Shown here piece by piece: positions 36,701 through 43,919 of a DNA stretch of 64,000 nt. Origin of the DNA: a virus. Position numbers and translations under genes: made by a program. How positions within the stretch are numbered: position 1 is the stretch's first letter; each line of letters begins with the position of its first letter. A model generated the notes under the pieces. That model was not told the origin of the DNA. It saw nothing but the letters and a program-made list of their open reading frames with translations, and ran no database searches. The stretch lies in the IMG/VR virus record IMGVR_UViG_3300047462_000185, positions 1-64,000 of that record; one strand, given 5' to 3'.

Positions 36701-38071
36701 TCGGCCTATACCTACAGTGCGGCCGCTCGTCAGGGCATCCTGATCGCGGCCAAGCCCAACCCGGTCAACACCTACGCCGCCAACACGCCCTTCTCGGTCG
36801 GCCAGCTCATCGCCGAAACTCCGAGCGCCGGCGTCTCGACTGTCTTCATCTGCACGACGGCGGGCACAACGGGATCCACCGCGCCGACCTGGAACGGGAC
36901 CTACGGTGCGACGGTTACGGATGGCACCGTGGTGTGGACCACGGGTGTCGCCTATGCCACGACGATCGGCACCGGCATACAGATCGGGTCGGCCAGCGGG
37001 GCCACGATCAATACCGGCATGTGGTTCAACGGCCAGTTCAACAACGCCTTCCTGGACTTCTCGGGAGCGACGCTGGGTGGTTCGAATAGCGCCGCGATCC
37101 GGCTCGCGTCCGGCATGGTGATCGACTTCACCGGCAACGCGACCTCGGCCGGCCAAAACATCCGGACGCTTGGCTACTCGAATTACGCCTCGGCGCTCCA
37201 ATACGTCATCAGCGGAACGGTTTCCTGGGCAGCGAACAACGCCGGGAATTTCTTTGCGAATGGCCAGACAATCCTGGGTGGCGGCGCGGCCGCCAATCTC
37301 AGCGGTGTCACCACCGGCTTCTCAAATACAGCCCTCACAATTGGCCGCAACTCCTCGACCTATGGCGAGATCGATCTGATCACCGGGTCCGGTGGGATCG
37401 ACTTCATCGCGACGAATGGTTCTGGTGTGATCTCGTCGCCGTATCTGACGGCGTCTCCGACCGGCCTGACCGCCTACGGCAAGCTCTCAGTCAGTGGTAT
37501 CACCAACCTGGGCAACGGCTCTGGTGCCAACATCTACGGCGTGACGACCGGGTTCGGCTACACCGGCATTTCGTTCGGCTACAACGCCGCGGATCTCGGT
37601 GATACGGACATCCTGTTCAACAACGCGGGTCTCTACTTCTACCCGGTGTCGAGCAGCGGGACGATCTCGTCCCCTGCCGCGATCCTGACGGGCGCTGGTG
37701 CCCTGAGGACCTACGGCATCACCAACTTGGGCAACGGCTCGGGTGCCAACATTGGCAGCGTGACGACCGGCTTCTCCAATACCGGCATCACCTTCGCCTA
37801 CAACGCAGGACTGACCGGCGACACGGACGTCCTGTTCAACAACGCGGGTCTCTACTTCTACCCGGTGTCGAGCAGCGGGACGATCTCGAACGCGGCGGCG
37901 ACTCTGACGTCTTCGCTCCTGTCGATCGAGGGCCACCTGAACGCGCCCCTCGCCACCCCGGCCTCGTCCTCGGCCGCCGGCACGGCTGGCACGGTCCAGT
38001 GGGACGCCAACTATGTCTACGTCTGCACCGCGACTAACACCTGGAAACGGGCCGCGCTCAGCACATTCTGA
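30755..38071 (+). CDS. 2438-aa repetitive tail fibre/adhesin
   Basis: ARTNLGLG, SVAGRTGAVTL, GNDSRITGALQ repeats; C-terminal WDANYVYVCTATNTWKRAALSTF. Confidence 0.9.
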   Translation: MPAISDLLASSTTTATTLNSGDGFLISQGGVSKGITWATILSVLGSSIAAGITIPSGTLMGRSSAGTGSYQALTPSSNFVFGSGTLSLTGVALVANDLSEYSGTASAARTNLGLGTISTQSAGAVALTGGTATGLAITAGSIDAAPIGANTPASLRGTSLALTGSIAASTVLVGPSGASGAPTWRMLTTADVTGAENTANKGAASGYAGLDSTGKVPLGSLPATVSGALHYLGMWNASTNSPTLASNVAPAGDNASAGGFYIVGTAGTTLINGVSTWGAGDWIVWTGSAWNKVQGAAVPVSSVAGRTGAVTLSNTDITGLGAAALLGVGAGLTSSGGAIVVSFGTTSGTVTQGNDTRVVFALQSTNNLSELNATASAARTNLGLGTISTQSAGAVALTGGTMNGVVIGASSAAAITGTTLALTASVSASYVHVGPTGSAGAPTWRMLTTADVTGAENTANKGAPSGYAPLDSTGKVPLANIPSSVIGSSYYLGVWNASTNTPTITSSAAPTGYGVGAYYVCDVAGTTSINGISTWGIGDWIIWSGTVWNKIDGSANPVTSVAGRQGAVTLTYADISGLGAAAQLSVGTGLQSVSGSLAINFGTTSGTAAQGNDSRITGALQAANALSELTGAASIARGNLGLGTISTQSAGAVALTGGTAAALAISSGTINGTPIGGVTPAAVSATTLTVTGSLAASYAHIAPTGSSGAPTWRAITTADIANAENTTNKGAAGGYAPLDGSSHVPLTNLPATVSGALHYLGTWNASTNSPTLASNTAPAGDNASAGGFYIVSTAGTTLINGVSAWGVGDWIVWTGSAWAKQVGEANPVGSVAGRTGAVTLSNTDITGLGAAALLGVGTGLTSSGGSLVVSYGTTSGTAAQGNDSRITGALQASNALSELSGSVATARTNLGLGTISTQSAGAVALTGGTMNGVVIGGSSPAAMTGTTLALTASQTASYVLAAPTSTAGAPTWRMLAAADISGLGGAATLNVGTASGTVAAGNDSRITGALQTSAIPTASLLGGASNALTSISINGTLRLSSGVLSFLAAPTETSATRYETAGGAIIYESDTTKFAFFDGTAWHYMVRADGDTMTGALTVTGTTSLATLSAASGTITGAFVIEGAATLAALSATTGSFSSTLHVTGVATLATAANINGVASGYATAGLTVGTDYGGTNETDLMVGAAGLNVYSISSGGIPSSVPLLSMNNKGQLVSIAGGQSGVAGENIATLDLTAGRVNMLKQISTTQTNSPTVNVQLSNSCALTLSADGLYPQIGALDVTAYGLTGGSACLDALIATINVYGNNAISAQDVAVQATVNQYGHDSTWGLDVFTTDWSGEPPQGFAQVGVEIDMAGNGADAATSQYDSLHNYRAAIVISPGTQGWSAWTPSTAYHANGTNSVGSIIQMTNSAGVLSIYKCTTGGTSGASAPASWPTSGTVTDNTVVWTYQQAAAYQVGRGIFLNGYGSAGAYFGTGFSSDAAYSNAVIDISEATLSTSINANAAAIRIAANQAIDFSGNGTLAGQNLHTLSYSSVYSSLYYNVSGQNRFQIKDTGALLAFGTFNCASNSTISSLHSVTSGYLGGLTVGVNYAGTGETDFMVDTAGLQIYAVQSGGTLSSVLFSMDGSGDTAIAGSLSSGGIAHLATLAGGIGSLHGATTFSASGGLIVGSDYNGSGELDFLINTGGLGIYAVQSGGTLSSVLFNLDGSGNATIAGNLTCGGEAHFGTLSGGSGSLHGMTTFSTSGGLIVGSGYSGVDGETDFLVNTTGLSIYAVQSSGTLSSALFTIDGSGDVGIAGTLNVTGAASLAALSATNATFTGTMSVSGNVTLGGAILAQVSGSTTAQSSGLPSLDFLGSTINFQRKVSSGNPTYAGTRVFLDNYSSAYTVQSWGGYSSVPAFSVTATSHPGANGSTVGVAAILNSNGSAGYAAQECAITANVTKTGTNGTWALATQSVDNTGLTPTAFSLWGVEIDLLSNGPDSAASAYTYSAAARQGILIAAKPNPVNTYAANTPFSVGQLIAETPSAGVSTVFICTTAGTTGSTAPTWNGTYGATVTDGTVVWTTGVAYATTIGTGIQIGSASGATINTGMWFNGQFNNAFLDFSGATLGGSNSAAIRLASGMVIDFTGNATSAGQNIRTLGYSNYASALQYVISGTVSWAANNAGNFFANGQTILGGGAAANLSGVTTGFSNTALTIGRNSSTYGEIDLITGSGGIDFIATNGSGVISSPYLTASPTGLTAYGKLSVSGITNLGNGSGANIYGVTTGFGYTGISFGYNAADLGDTDILFNNAGLYFYPVSSSGTISSPAAILTGAGALRTYGITNLGNGSGANIGSVTTGFSNTGITFAYNAGLTGDTDVLFNNAGLYFYPVSSSGTISNAAATLTSSLLSIEGHLNAPLATPASSSAAGTAGTVQWDANYVYVCTATNTWKRAALSTF
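31040..33790 (+). repeat. About 0.8-kb intragenic repeat, three full units plus a partial fourth
   Basis: NLGLGTISTQSAGAVALTGGT recurs near 31085, 31895, 32668 and 33479. Confidence 0.85.
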
Positions 38072-38137
38072 TCTTGTCGGTCCTGGATCACCCTGCTAAG
38101 GAAACACATAGTTGTGTGTTTTAAGGCAGGGTGACAA

Positions 38138-38644
38138 ATGAAAATCGCCGAGATCGATCGTATCCTGAGCGGAATCGCGGCCATCCAGGGCGGCGGTGAG
38201 TCGGTCAACGTCAAGCTGGCCTATGCGCTGGCCAAGAACCGGCGCGCCCTCGCCCAGGCACGCGAGGAGTATGTCGAGACGGTGAAGGGGCCGTTCGATG
38301 AGGTGCTCCAGGCGTTCGACAAGGACAAGTTCGACCTGGTCCGCCAGCATGCGGTCAAGGACCAGTTCGGCAATCCGGTCAGCGAAGCCGGGCTGTTCAA
38401 GTTTCAGCCCGGGTTCGACATCGAGGCGGCGCTGACCCAGATCAAGGCAAAGCACCCCGCGTTCGACGATGCCATCGCCGAGCGTGACGCGCGCCTGAAG
38501 GATGCGGCGCAGATCGAGTTCGACGTCGCGCTCCACAAGATCGGGTGGGACGATCTGCCGACCCAGATCAATCCGGCCATTCTCGACGCGATCGTGCCGC
38601 TGATCTCGGATGACGGGGCGCCGGCGTCCGCTGCTGCGGCCTGA
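38138..38644 (+). CDS. Hypothetical helical protein
   Basis: Clean ORF with strong codon bias; operator-like palindrome at 38105-38118 upstream. Confidence 0.75.
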   Translation: MKIAEIDRILSGIAAIQGGGESVNVKLAYALAKNRRALAQAREEYVETVKGPFDEVLQAFDKDKFDLVRQHAVKDQFGNPVSEAGLFKFQPGFDIEAALTQIKAKHPAFDDAIAERDARLKDAAQIEFDVALHKIGWDDLPTQINPAILDAIVPLISDDGAPASAAAA

Positions 38645-39027
38645 TGCCATTCGCTCTCCTTTCGCTGGTCTGGAACCATACCAGCGCGAAGGTAATCGAC
38701 TGCCTATTGGCGATCGCTGGCGTCGCGCTGCTCGGTTGGTATTTCCTCTCGATGCACGACGCGGCGCGCGACGCGGCACGGGAATTGACCGAGCAGAAGG
38801 TCATTGCCGCGGCGGCCGAGGCGCAGCACGCCAAGATTGAAGCAGGTCTGACGCAGCTCAACACAGCGACGCAAGCCGCCCTGGTGCAGGTCGCGAGCAT
38901 AAAGGCAGCGGCCCATGCGCTTCCTCCGACCACTGGCTGTATCACGAGTCCTGCTGTTGGCCTGCTTCGTCAGCGCCTGTCAGGCGCCCCCGGAATCAAT
39001 TCTGGCGCCCCGGCCACCCATCCCTGA
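38644..39027 (+). CDS. i-spanin (Rz-like)
   Basis: N-terminal TM followed by a coiled coil; overlapped by a lipoprotein ORF. Confidence 0.7.
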   Translation: MPFALLSLVWNHTSAKVIDCLLAIAGVALLGWYFLSMHDAARDAARELTEQKVIAAAAEAQHAKIEAGLTQLNTATQAALVQVASIKAAAHALPPTTGCITSPAVGLLRQRLSGAPGINSGAPATHP

Positions 39028-39187
39028 CACGCTGCTGACCTGCCCGCCGGCCGTCATGATTCCGGAGACGCTGAACAGCGACGCCGATTTCGTGGACTGG
39101 ATCATGGATGACCGCGCCGCCGGCGATGAGTGCCGCACCAAGCTTGGCATCGTGAAGGGCATCGAAGAGGAAGGACCGACACCATGA
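38915..39187 (+). CDS. o-spanin (Rz1-like lipoprotein)
   Basis: Signal plus VSAC lipobox; Pro-rich IPDTLLTCPP...C..KL; overlaps the i-spanin in another frame. Confidence 0.75.
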   Translation: MRFLRPLAVSRVLLLACFVSACQAPPESILAPRPPIPDTLLTCPPAVMIPETLNSDADFVDWIMDDRAAGDECRTKLGIVKGIEEEGPTP

Positions 39188-39843
39188 GCGATCTGGTAGA
39201 CTGGTTCCAGAAGGAGTTCGCCGCGCTGCCATCCGCGCCCGTGGTGCTTGCACCCCCTGTTCCGGTCACGGCGCCTCCCATCGCTGTCGCGCCCACGGCG
39301 CCCCTCACCACCTTTCCCGACAACTTCCCGGTCTGCGTGGCATGGATCCTGACCCGTGAAGGCGGCTTCGTCGATAATCCCAACGATGCGGGTAAAGCGA
39401 CGAACATGGGGATCACCGCGGCCGTGCTGGCCGCGTGGCGCGGCGCCCCCGTCACGACCGACGATGTGCGCGGCCTGACCGTGGCCGAGGCGACGCAGAT
39501 CTACCGGGCCAATTACTGGAACAAGATGCAGTGCGCCGCGCTGCCGGCCGGGGTGGACCTGTCGATCCTCGATCCGGGCGTGATGTCGGGCCCATCGCGC
39601 GGCATCAAGTTCCTCCAGGGCGCGCTCGGCGTGAAGCAGGACGGCGCGATCGGCAAAGTCACGCTGGGCGCCGTCGCCGCGTTCAGCGACGTGCGCGGCC
39701 TGATCCAGGCCATAGCGAACGAGCGGGACGCGTTCTACGCCGAGCTGGCCGCCACGATCCCGTCCGACGTGGTGTTCCTGACCGGCTGGCGAAACCGGGC
39801 CCAGCTGACCATGCAGCGCGCCCTGGACATGGTTCCGGCCTGA
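39184..39843 (+). CDS. Endolysin, glycoside hydrolase family 108
   Basis: EGGFVDNPNDAGKATNMGIT, IYRANYW, DGAIG..T, FL.GW.NR. Confidence 0.95.
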   Translation: MSDLVDWFQKEFAALPSAPVVLAPPVPVTAPPIAVAPTAPLTTFPDNFPVCVAWILTREGGFVDNPNDAGKATNMGITAAVLAAWRGAPVTTDDVRGLTVAEATQIYRANYWNKMQCAALPAGVDLSILDPGVMSGPSRGIKFLQGALGVKQDGAIGKVTLGAVAAFSDVRGLIQAIANERDAFYAELAATIPSDVVFLTGWRNRAQLTMQRALDMVPA

Positions 39844-39873
39844 AAACAGGAGATCGCTACCCCAAAACGTAGC

Positions 39874-39904
39874 AAAGCCCCCAGGACCGTCCTGGGGGCT
39901 TTTT
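39874..39904 (+). terminator. Intrinsic terminator
   Basis: AAAGCCCCCAGGA-CCG-TCCTGGGGGCTTTTT. Confidence 0.8.
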
Positions 39905-39929
39905 GCATGATCCATAGAAAGGGATCGAC

Positions 39930-40277
39930 ATGCCCCAGGACAACGACTCCAACATGGCGGATATCCGCGAAGAGCTTGGTCGTCTCGGGGCACGGATGGA
40001 TGCCGTGGTCGACGCGGTGAGCCGCCTCACAGCCCGAGACTCCGAGCATGAGCGTGGCCTCCAGATGCTGGGCGAGCGTGTCGCGCAATCTCTCAGTGAA
40101 ATCACGCTGCGCTTCACATCCTCGCTGACCGAGCAGCGCGAGGCGTTCCGGATCCAGATGGAAACTCTGAAGGCCAGCGCGTTGAAGCGGGAGGATTTCG
40201 CCTGGGTCAAGGGGGCGGGAATCGTGATCATCAGCGCGCTGGCGACGGCATTGGCCGAGACCTGGATCCATCACTGA
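39930..40277 (+). CDS. Coiled-coil protein with C-terminal TM (possible holin/lysis accessory)
   Basis: Hydrophobic C-terminus GAGIVIISALATALA; adjacent to endolysin. Confidence 0.6.
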   Translation: MPQDNDSNMADIREELGRLGARMDAVVDAVSRLTARDSEHERGLQMLGERVAQSLSEITLRFTSSLTEQREAFRIQMETLKASALKREDFAWVKGAGIVIISALATALAETWIHH

Positions 40278-40447
40278 TGTTTCGCGGTTGGCACGCCCTG
40301 CTATGGCAGGTTGGGGTCGGTATAGCGGTCGGCCTGGCCGTGGCGCTGGCCTACCCTTGGCTGAGCCGTTTCTTCCCGGCTCCAGCGCCGATTGAGCTCC
40401 ACATCCGGATCGAGTTGCCCGCCGCGCCCATGCCTCCGATCGATTGA
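40277..40447 (+). CDS. 56-aa membrane peptide
   Basis: TGATG coupling; MFRGWHALLWQVGVGIAVGLAVALAYPWL... Confidence 0.5.
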   Translation: MFRGWHALLWQVGVGIAVGLAVALAYPWLSRFFPAPAPIELHIRIELPAAPMPPID

Positions 40448-40488
40448 AGGTCGATCGTTAGACGCTGCGCATAGAGCCGAAAACGACG

Positions 40489-40520
40489 AAGCCCCCCAGG
40501 TCAGACCTGGGGGGCTTTTT
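40489..40520. terminator. Terminator at the convergence of late and early arms
   Basis: AAGCCCCCCAGGT-CAG-ACCTGGGGGGCTTTTT. Confidence 0.75.
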
Positions 40521-40956
40521 CTGCGTCTGGGGCGGTTCCGAGGCCCTTCTCGATCTCATGGATAATGGAACTGCGGAACGCCCTCATGTCCGCCTCGCCG
40601 GTGGCCGGCACGCTGGACGGCTGCACCATAGAAGCGGTGAATGTGGCGAACCTGATGGCTTGGTCCCAGCCGGCCCGGAAGCTCGCTTCGCAGGCAACCG
40701 GTCCATCGCCGCCGGTCAGGACGACAGGCTTGGGCCGCGCAGGCGGCTGCATGGCAAGGTGCAGCTCAATGGTCTTGAGCGTCTGACGATGCAGCCAGGT
40801 CGGCCCATGCGAGTTGCGCAGCCCTTGCAGAACTGCGTTTGTGCCGCCCCATTCCCATCGGTCGCGGAGTTGGGATTTCCAGGTGCGGCCCCAGTCCTTG
40901 GCGAAGCGCCACAAGGCGAGGGCTTGTTCGTCGGTGAGCGGTGGAAAATCAGCCAT
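40501..40956 (-). CDS. Hypothetical protein
   Basis: MADFPPLTDEQALAL..FAK.WGRTWKSQL...LQGLRNSHGP.WL. Confidence 0.7.
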   Translation of the reverse strand: MADFPPLTDEQALALWRFAKDWGRTWKSQLRDRWEWGGTNAVLQGLRNSHGPTWLHRQTLKTIELHLAMQPPARPKPVVLTGGDGPVACEASFRAGWDQAIRFATFTASMVQPSSVPATGEADMRAFRSSIIHEIEKGLGTAPDAEKAPQV

Positions 40957-41110
40957 CTTCGTCGTCCTCAGTGACGATGACACGGTCACCGGGATGGATG
41001 GCGCCGGTGTCGCGAAGCATCTGGACCATGAGGACGCAGGCTTCGGTCGGATCGCGTGCGACGCGACGATCCAATTCGCCTCCAGAATTCTGGAAGCTGA
41101 TGATGATCAT
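40949..41110 (-). CDS. 53-aa hypothetical protein
   Basis: AAGGAG RBS; MIIISFQNSGGELDRR...EDDEDG; overlaps the next start. Confidence 0.55.
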   Translation of the reverse strand: MIIISFQNSGGELDRRVARDPTEACVLMVQMLRDTGAIHPGDRVIVTEDDEDG

Positions 41111-41143
41111 ATGGTTCTCCTTTGCTGTGAACCGGCACGCCGG

Positions 41144-41398
41144 CTATGTGCCGACGGCTTCGCCCTCCTTCGGGGGCTCTTCGGGGTTCGGGCGTGGATC
41201 GTGGCACCAGCGCTGTGTGTAATCACAGAAGTGGCATATCCAGCCGTTGACGGTCGGGGCGAGGTATCCATCACCGCGGGCGTGCTTTCCATCGCCTCGC
41301 CTGGGACAGGTGTAGGGATGGTAGCTCCCGTCGGCCTGGTGATCAGCGAGCAACTGGACGACTTCGGGCGCCCAGGGCGCGTCGAGCCGTGCCATCAC
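41144..41398 (-). CDS. Small Zn-ribbon-like protein
   Basis: HPYTC...GWICHFCDYTQ.W. Confidence 0.65.
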   Translation of the reverse strand: MMARLDAPWAPEVVQLLADHQADGSYHPYTCPRRGDGKHARGDGYLAPTVNGWICHFCDYTQRWCHDPRPNPEEPPKEGEAVGT

Positions 41399-41886
41399 AT
41401 CCCGTCCGGGATGGGATAGCCGTTCTGGACCAGGAAGGTGCGCCAGGAGGTCTGGGCAATCACGGTGACGCTGCCGTCGCGGCCGATCTCGCTGATCCTG
41501 CTATGCGGACGGTCCATCGCGAGTAACCGCAGCACGGCTTCGTCGAGGGTGAGCCAAGTGATCTTGGCCGTGAGCTGTTCCAGCGTGATCTTCGGATCCA
41601 GCGTGGTGTAGCCGTCCGGGTATTCGTCACCTTCACGCTCCTCGCCGCACACGAAGGCGTTGCCGCCCAGCGGTTGCTTGTCGTGGCGATCTTCGAGCAC
41701 GAACCAATGCTTGTTGAGCGGCGGCAGCAGGCCATCCTCGTCGACCATGAGAGTGTCGCCGTTGGGCCAGCGGAACGCCGCTTCCATTGAGCTGATCCCG
41801 ACCGCGTGTTTGGCGTCGGGATAGATAGATTCGACCTCGACCTCGGTGATGAGCCGAAGCTCTGAGTCGATTTTGAAGATTTTCAC
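41395..41886 (-). CDS. DUF3846-like hypothetical protein
   Basis: DTLMVDEDGLL...PLGGNAFVCG. Confidence 0.6.
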   Translation of the reverse strand: MKIFKIDSELRLITEVEVESIYPDAKHAVGISSMEAAFRWPNGDTLMVDEDGLLPPLNKHWFVLEDRHDKQPLGGNAFVCGEEREGDEYPDGYTTLDPKITLEQLTAKITWLTLDEAVLRLLAMDRPHSRISEIGRDGSVTVIAQTSWRTFLVQNGYPIPDGM

Positions 41887-41951
41887 GGGTTGCCTTTCTG
41901 CCGGGATGCGCCGGCTGATCGCGCCACGCTATGCGCGGCAAGGCGCCTCCG

Positions 41952-42389
41952 TCAGGAGGCTGTATTCCGTGGGTTGACGAGGAATGGGTATTTGACCTCG
42001 CGGCCGAGCACTTGAGAGGCCCAGGCGAGCGGTTCCTTCCAGTCGCGCTCATCACCATCCGATGTGACTTTGATCGCGTCAGAGCAATGCTCCTTCGCTA
42101 TCGCCAGCACCGCGCAAACAACCGTGTCGTATGGCTTTGACGCCGTCTTGCAGAACGAGAAGCTGTCCGACGGGACACGCTCCAGGATGAAAGTCTCGTG
42201 GCCGTCCGGATCGGGGGTTCCGTTAAACCGGATCACGTAGCTGCCGACGTATGGCGGTTCCGGATCATCTTCCTCGTATGCCAGCTTGCAGGGGGCTGCG
42301 CTAATCAGTTTGAACGCATCGTCAGCGATTTTCTGCCAGCGGTCCGATGGGATGCTCTTGTTCTGACGCCAATAATGGGTGTAACCCAT
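41952..42389 (-). CDS. Conserved hypothetical phage protein
   Basis: MGYTHYW...IRFNG...HETF...FCKTA.KPYD.VV...SDGD..W. Confidence 0.75.
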   Translation of the reverse strand: MGYTHYWRQNKSIPSDRWQKIADDAFKLISAAPCKLAYEEDDPEPPYVGSYVIRFNGTPDPDGHETFILERVPSDSFSFCKTASKPYDTVVCAVLAIAKEHCSDAIKVTSDGDERDWKEPLAWASQVLGREVKYPFLVNPRNTAS

Positions 42390-42462
42390 GTGGTTTCCTT
42401 TCTGCCGGTGAGCGCCGGCTGATCGCCCCGCACCTGGTGCGGGAAGGCCCCGCGCTAGGCGG

Positions 42463-42729
42463 CTAGGAGGACGGCTCAACGATGGTTTCGAGAACGTCGA
42501 TGGTCTCAAACCGGATCACCTTGAGGCCCAGCCCGGCGTGCTCAGCAAGCACGATTGCAGCGCCGCGCATCTGTTCGAGAATGCCGCGATTGCCATGAAT
42601 CATCGGAAAGGTATCGAGCCCCAACGTGATAGAGGGGATTCCCTCTTTTCCCTTTCCGTCGAAAACGACGAAGGCGAAATACTCGGTGATCGGATCACGC
42701 AGAGGCATGTTTTTCAGAACGTCAGGCAT
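42463..42729 (-). CDS. Hypothetical protein
   Basis: GAGGAG RBS within the repeated leader element. Confidence 0.7.
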   Translation of the reverse strand: MPDVLKNMPLRDPITEYFAFVVFDGKGKEGIPSITLGLDTFPMIHGNRGILEQMRGAAIVLAEHAGLGLKVIRFETIDVLETIVEPSS

Positions 42730-42767
42730 TGGGTATCTCCTCGGTCCGGCACTATTGCCGGGGAAGC

Positions 42768-43217
42768 CTATTCTGGCTTTTCGGATGAGCCCTGGACCGG
42801 CGCCGGCGGCGGCTCAGGCCCCGCGCCTTCCTTGTCGTCGGGCGGAGCGGCGGGCGGCTGGTTGATCTTCTGGATCAGGTCATGGGCCAGTTCGGCCGCA
42901 ATCTTGTAGTGCAACTCGCGATCGAGGGCCGGCATGTTGGTGCGCCGCATCGTCTCCTCGATGATCAGGAAAGCGGCAAAAAGCATGTCCTGCATGGGCC
43001 GCTCGTTCAGCAGCGCGACGAGGATATTGTATGTCGCCATCGTGGCGGGAAACCGCATCTGAAGCAGGGCGCGTAGCTGAACGTCGAGGAATTTGGTGCG
43101 CTCGTGCGCCACCACCTCATCGGGCGAAGGGACAATGTTGAACAGCCTCATCGCGTCTTTCTCGTCCATGACTTCCTCGGCCTGGTTGAACAGGTAGGCC
43201 GCGGCGCGGCCTTTCAA
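42768..43217 (-). CDS. Hypothetical protein
   Basis: Coupled to the upstream gene; exact start uncertain. Confidence 0.6.
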   Translation of the reverse strand: MKGRAAAYLFNQAEEVMDEKDAMRLFNIVPSPDEVVAHERTKFLDVQLRALLQMRFPATMATYNILVALLNERPMQDMLFAAFLIIEETMRRTNMPALDRELHYKIAAELAHDLIQKINQPPAAPPDDKEGAGPEPPPAPVQGSSEKPE

Positions 43218-43543
43218 TTGGGTTTGGTAAGCCCGGAGCCACGGCCGATCAATCGGGATTGCTCGGTTTCGGCGTAATCGATGAAGCTCTTGGCGAGGCT
43301 TTGCATAGCGGCCTCGGTGCGGTTCCGCTCCTCCGGGGTGAAATTGCCATTGCGATAGACAGCCTCCAGTTCGGCGTGGAGCACGAACAGGATGATGATC
43401 TTCGATAACGGTTCGGCCATCAGAACGCCGGCGATGCGCTGACCGAGCTGAGTGACCTTCGATCTGTTGAGATCGATCATCATCTTCAGCTGGGCGGCCA
43501 ATCTTTCCTCGGCAGACATCTGGGAAATTCTGTCGTCTGGCAT
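43214..43543 (-). CDS. Hypothetical protein
   Basis: GAGGAG RBS within the repeated leader element. Confidence 0.7.
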   Translation of the reverse strand: MPDDRISQMSAEERLAAQLKMMIDLNRSKVTQLGQRIAGVLMAEPLSKIIILFVLHAELEAVYRNGNFTPEERNRTEAAMQSLAKSFIDYAETEQSRLIGRGSGLTKPN

Positions 43544-43919
43544 TGGGTATCTCCTCAGTCCGGCACTATTGCCGGGGAGCCCGACGGGTGCGCCGTCAGG
43601 GTTTCGTCGCGCGATTTTGCGTCTTCAGTTCGCGGTCAATCTCATGCCGCTCGGTTGTTGTCGTTTCCGATTGGTATAATTCATCCAACAGCCACGCCGT
43701 GGCCCGGCATGACGCCGCGATGCCGTCGCGCTTGCCGCAATAGGACGCAACAACCCGCTGCGCTGCTTCAATCGCTACGACGGCTCGCCGAAGCTTGGTG
43801 AGGTCTTCCATCGTCAGGTTTGTGCCAGATTCTGGCATTGGGTCTAACCTTTTCAACCGACGCACGATTGCGTCGAAACGCATCGAGCCGCAGGGAATGC
43901 CTGCGGCTCGATGTTTCGG

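Noticed and set aside
37495-37890. Near-duplicate segments at the fibre 3' end as a DGR TR/VR pair
   Set aside because: Both copies are coding, differences are not adenine-specific, and no reverse transcriptase is in the window.
40960-40990. Possible seventh leader element (ACTGAGGA)
   Set aside because: Lies in the coding end of 40949-41110 and lacks the AATNNN loop.
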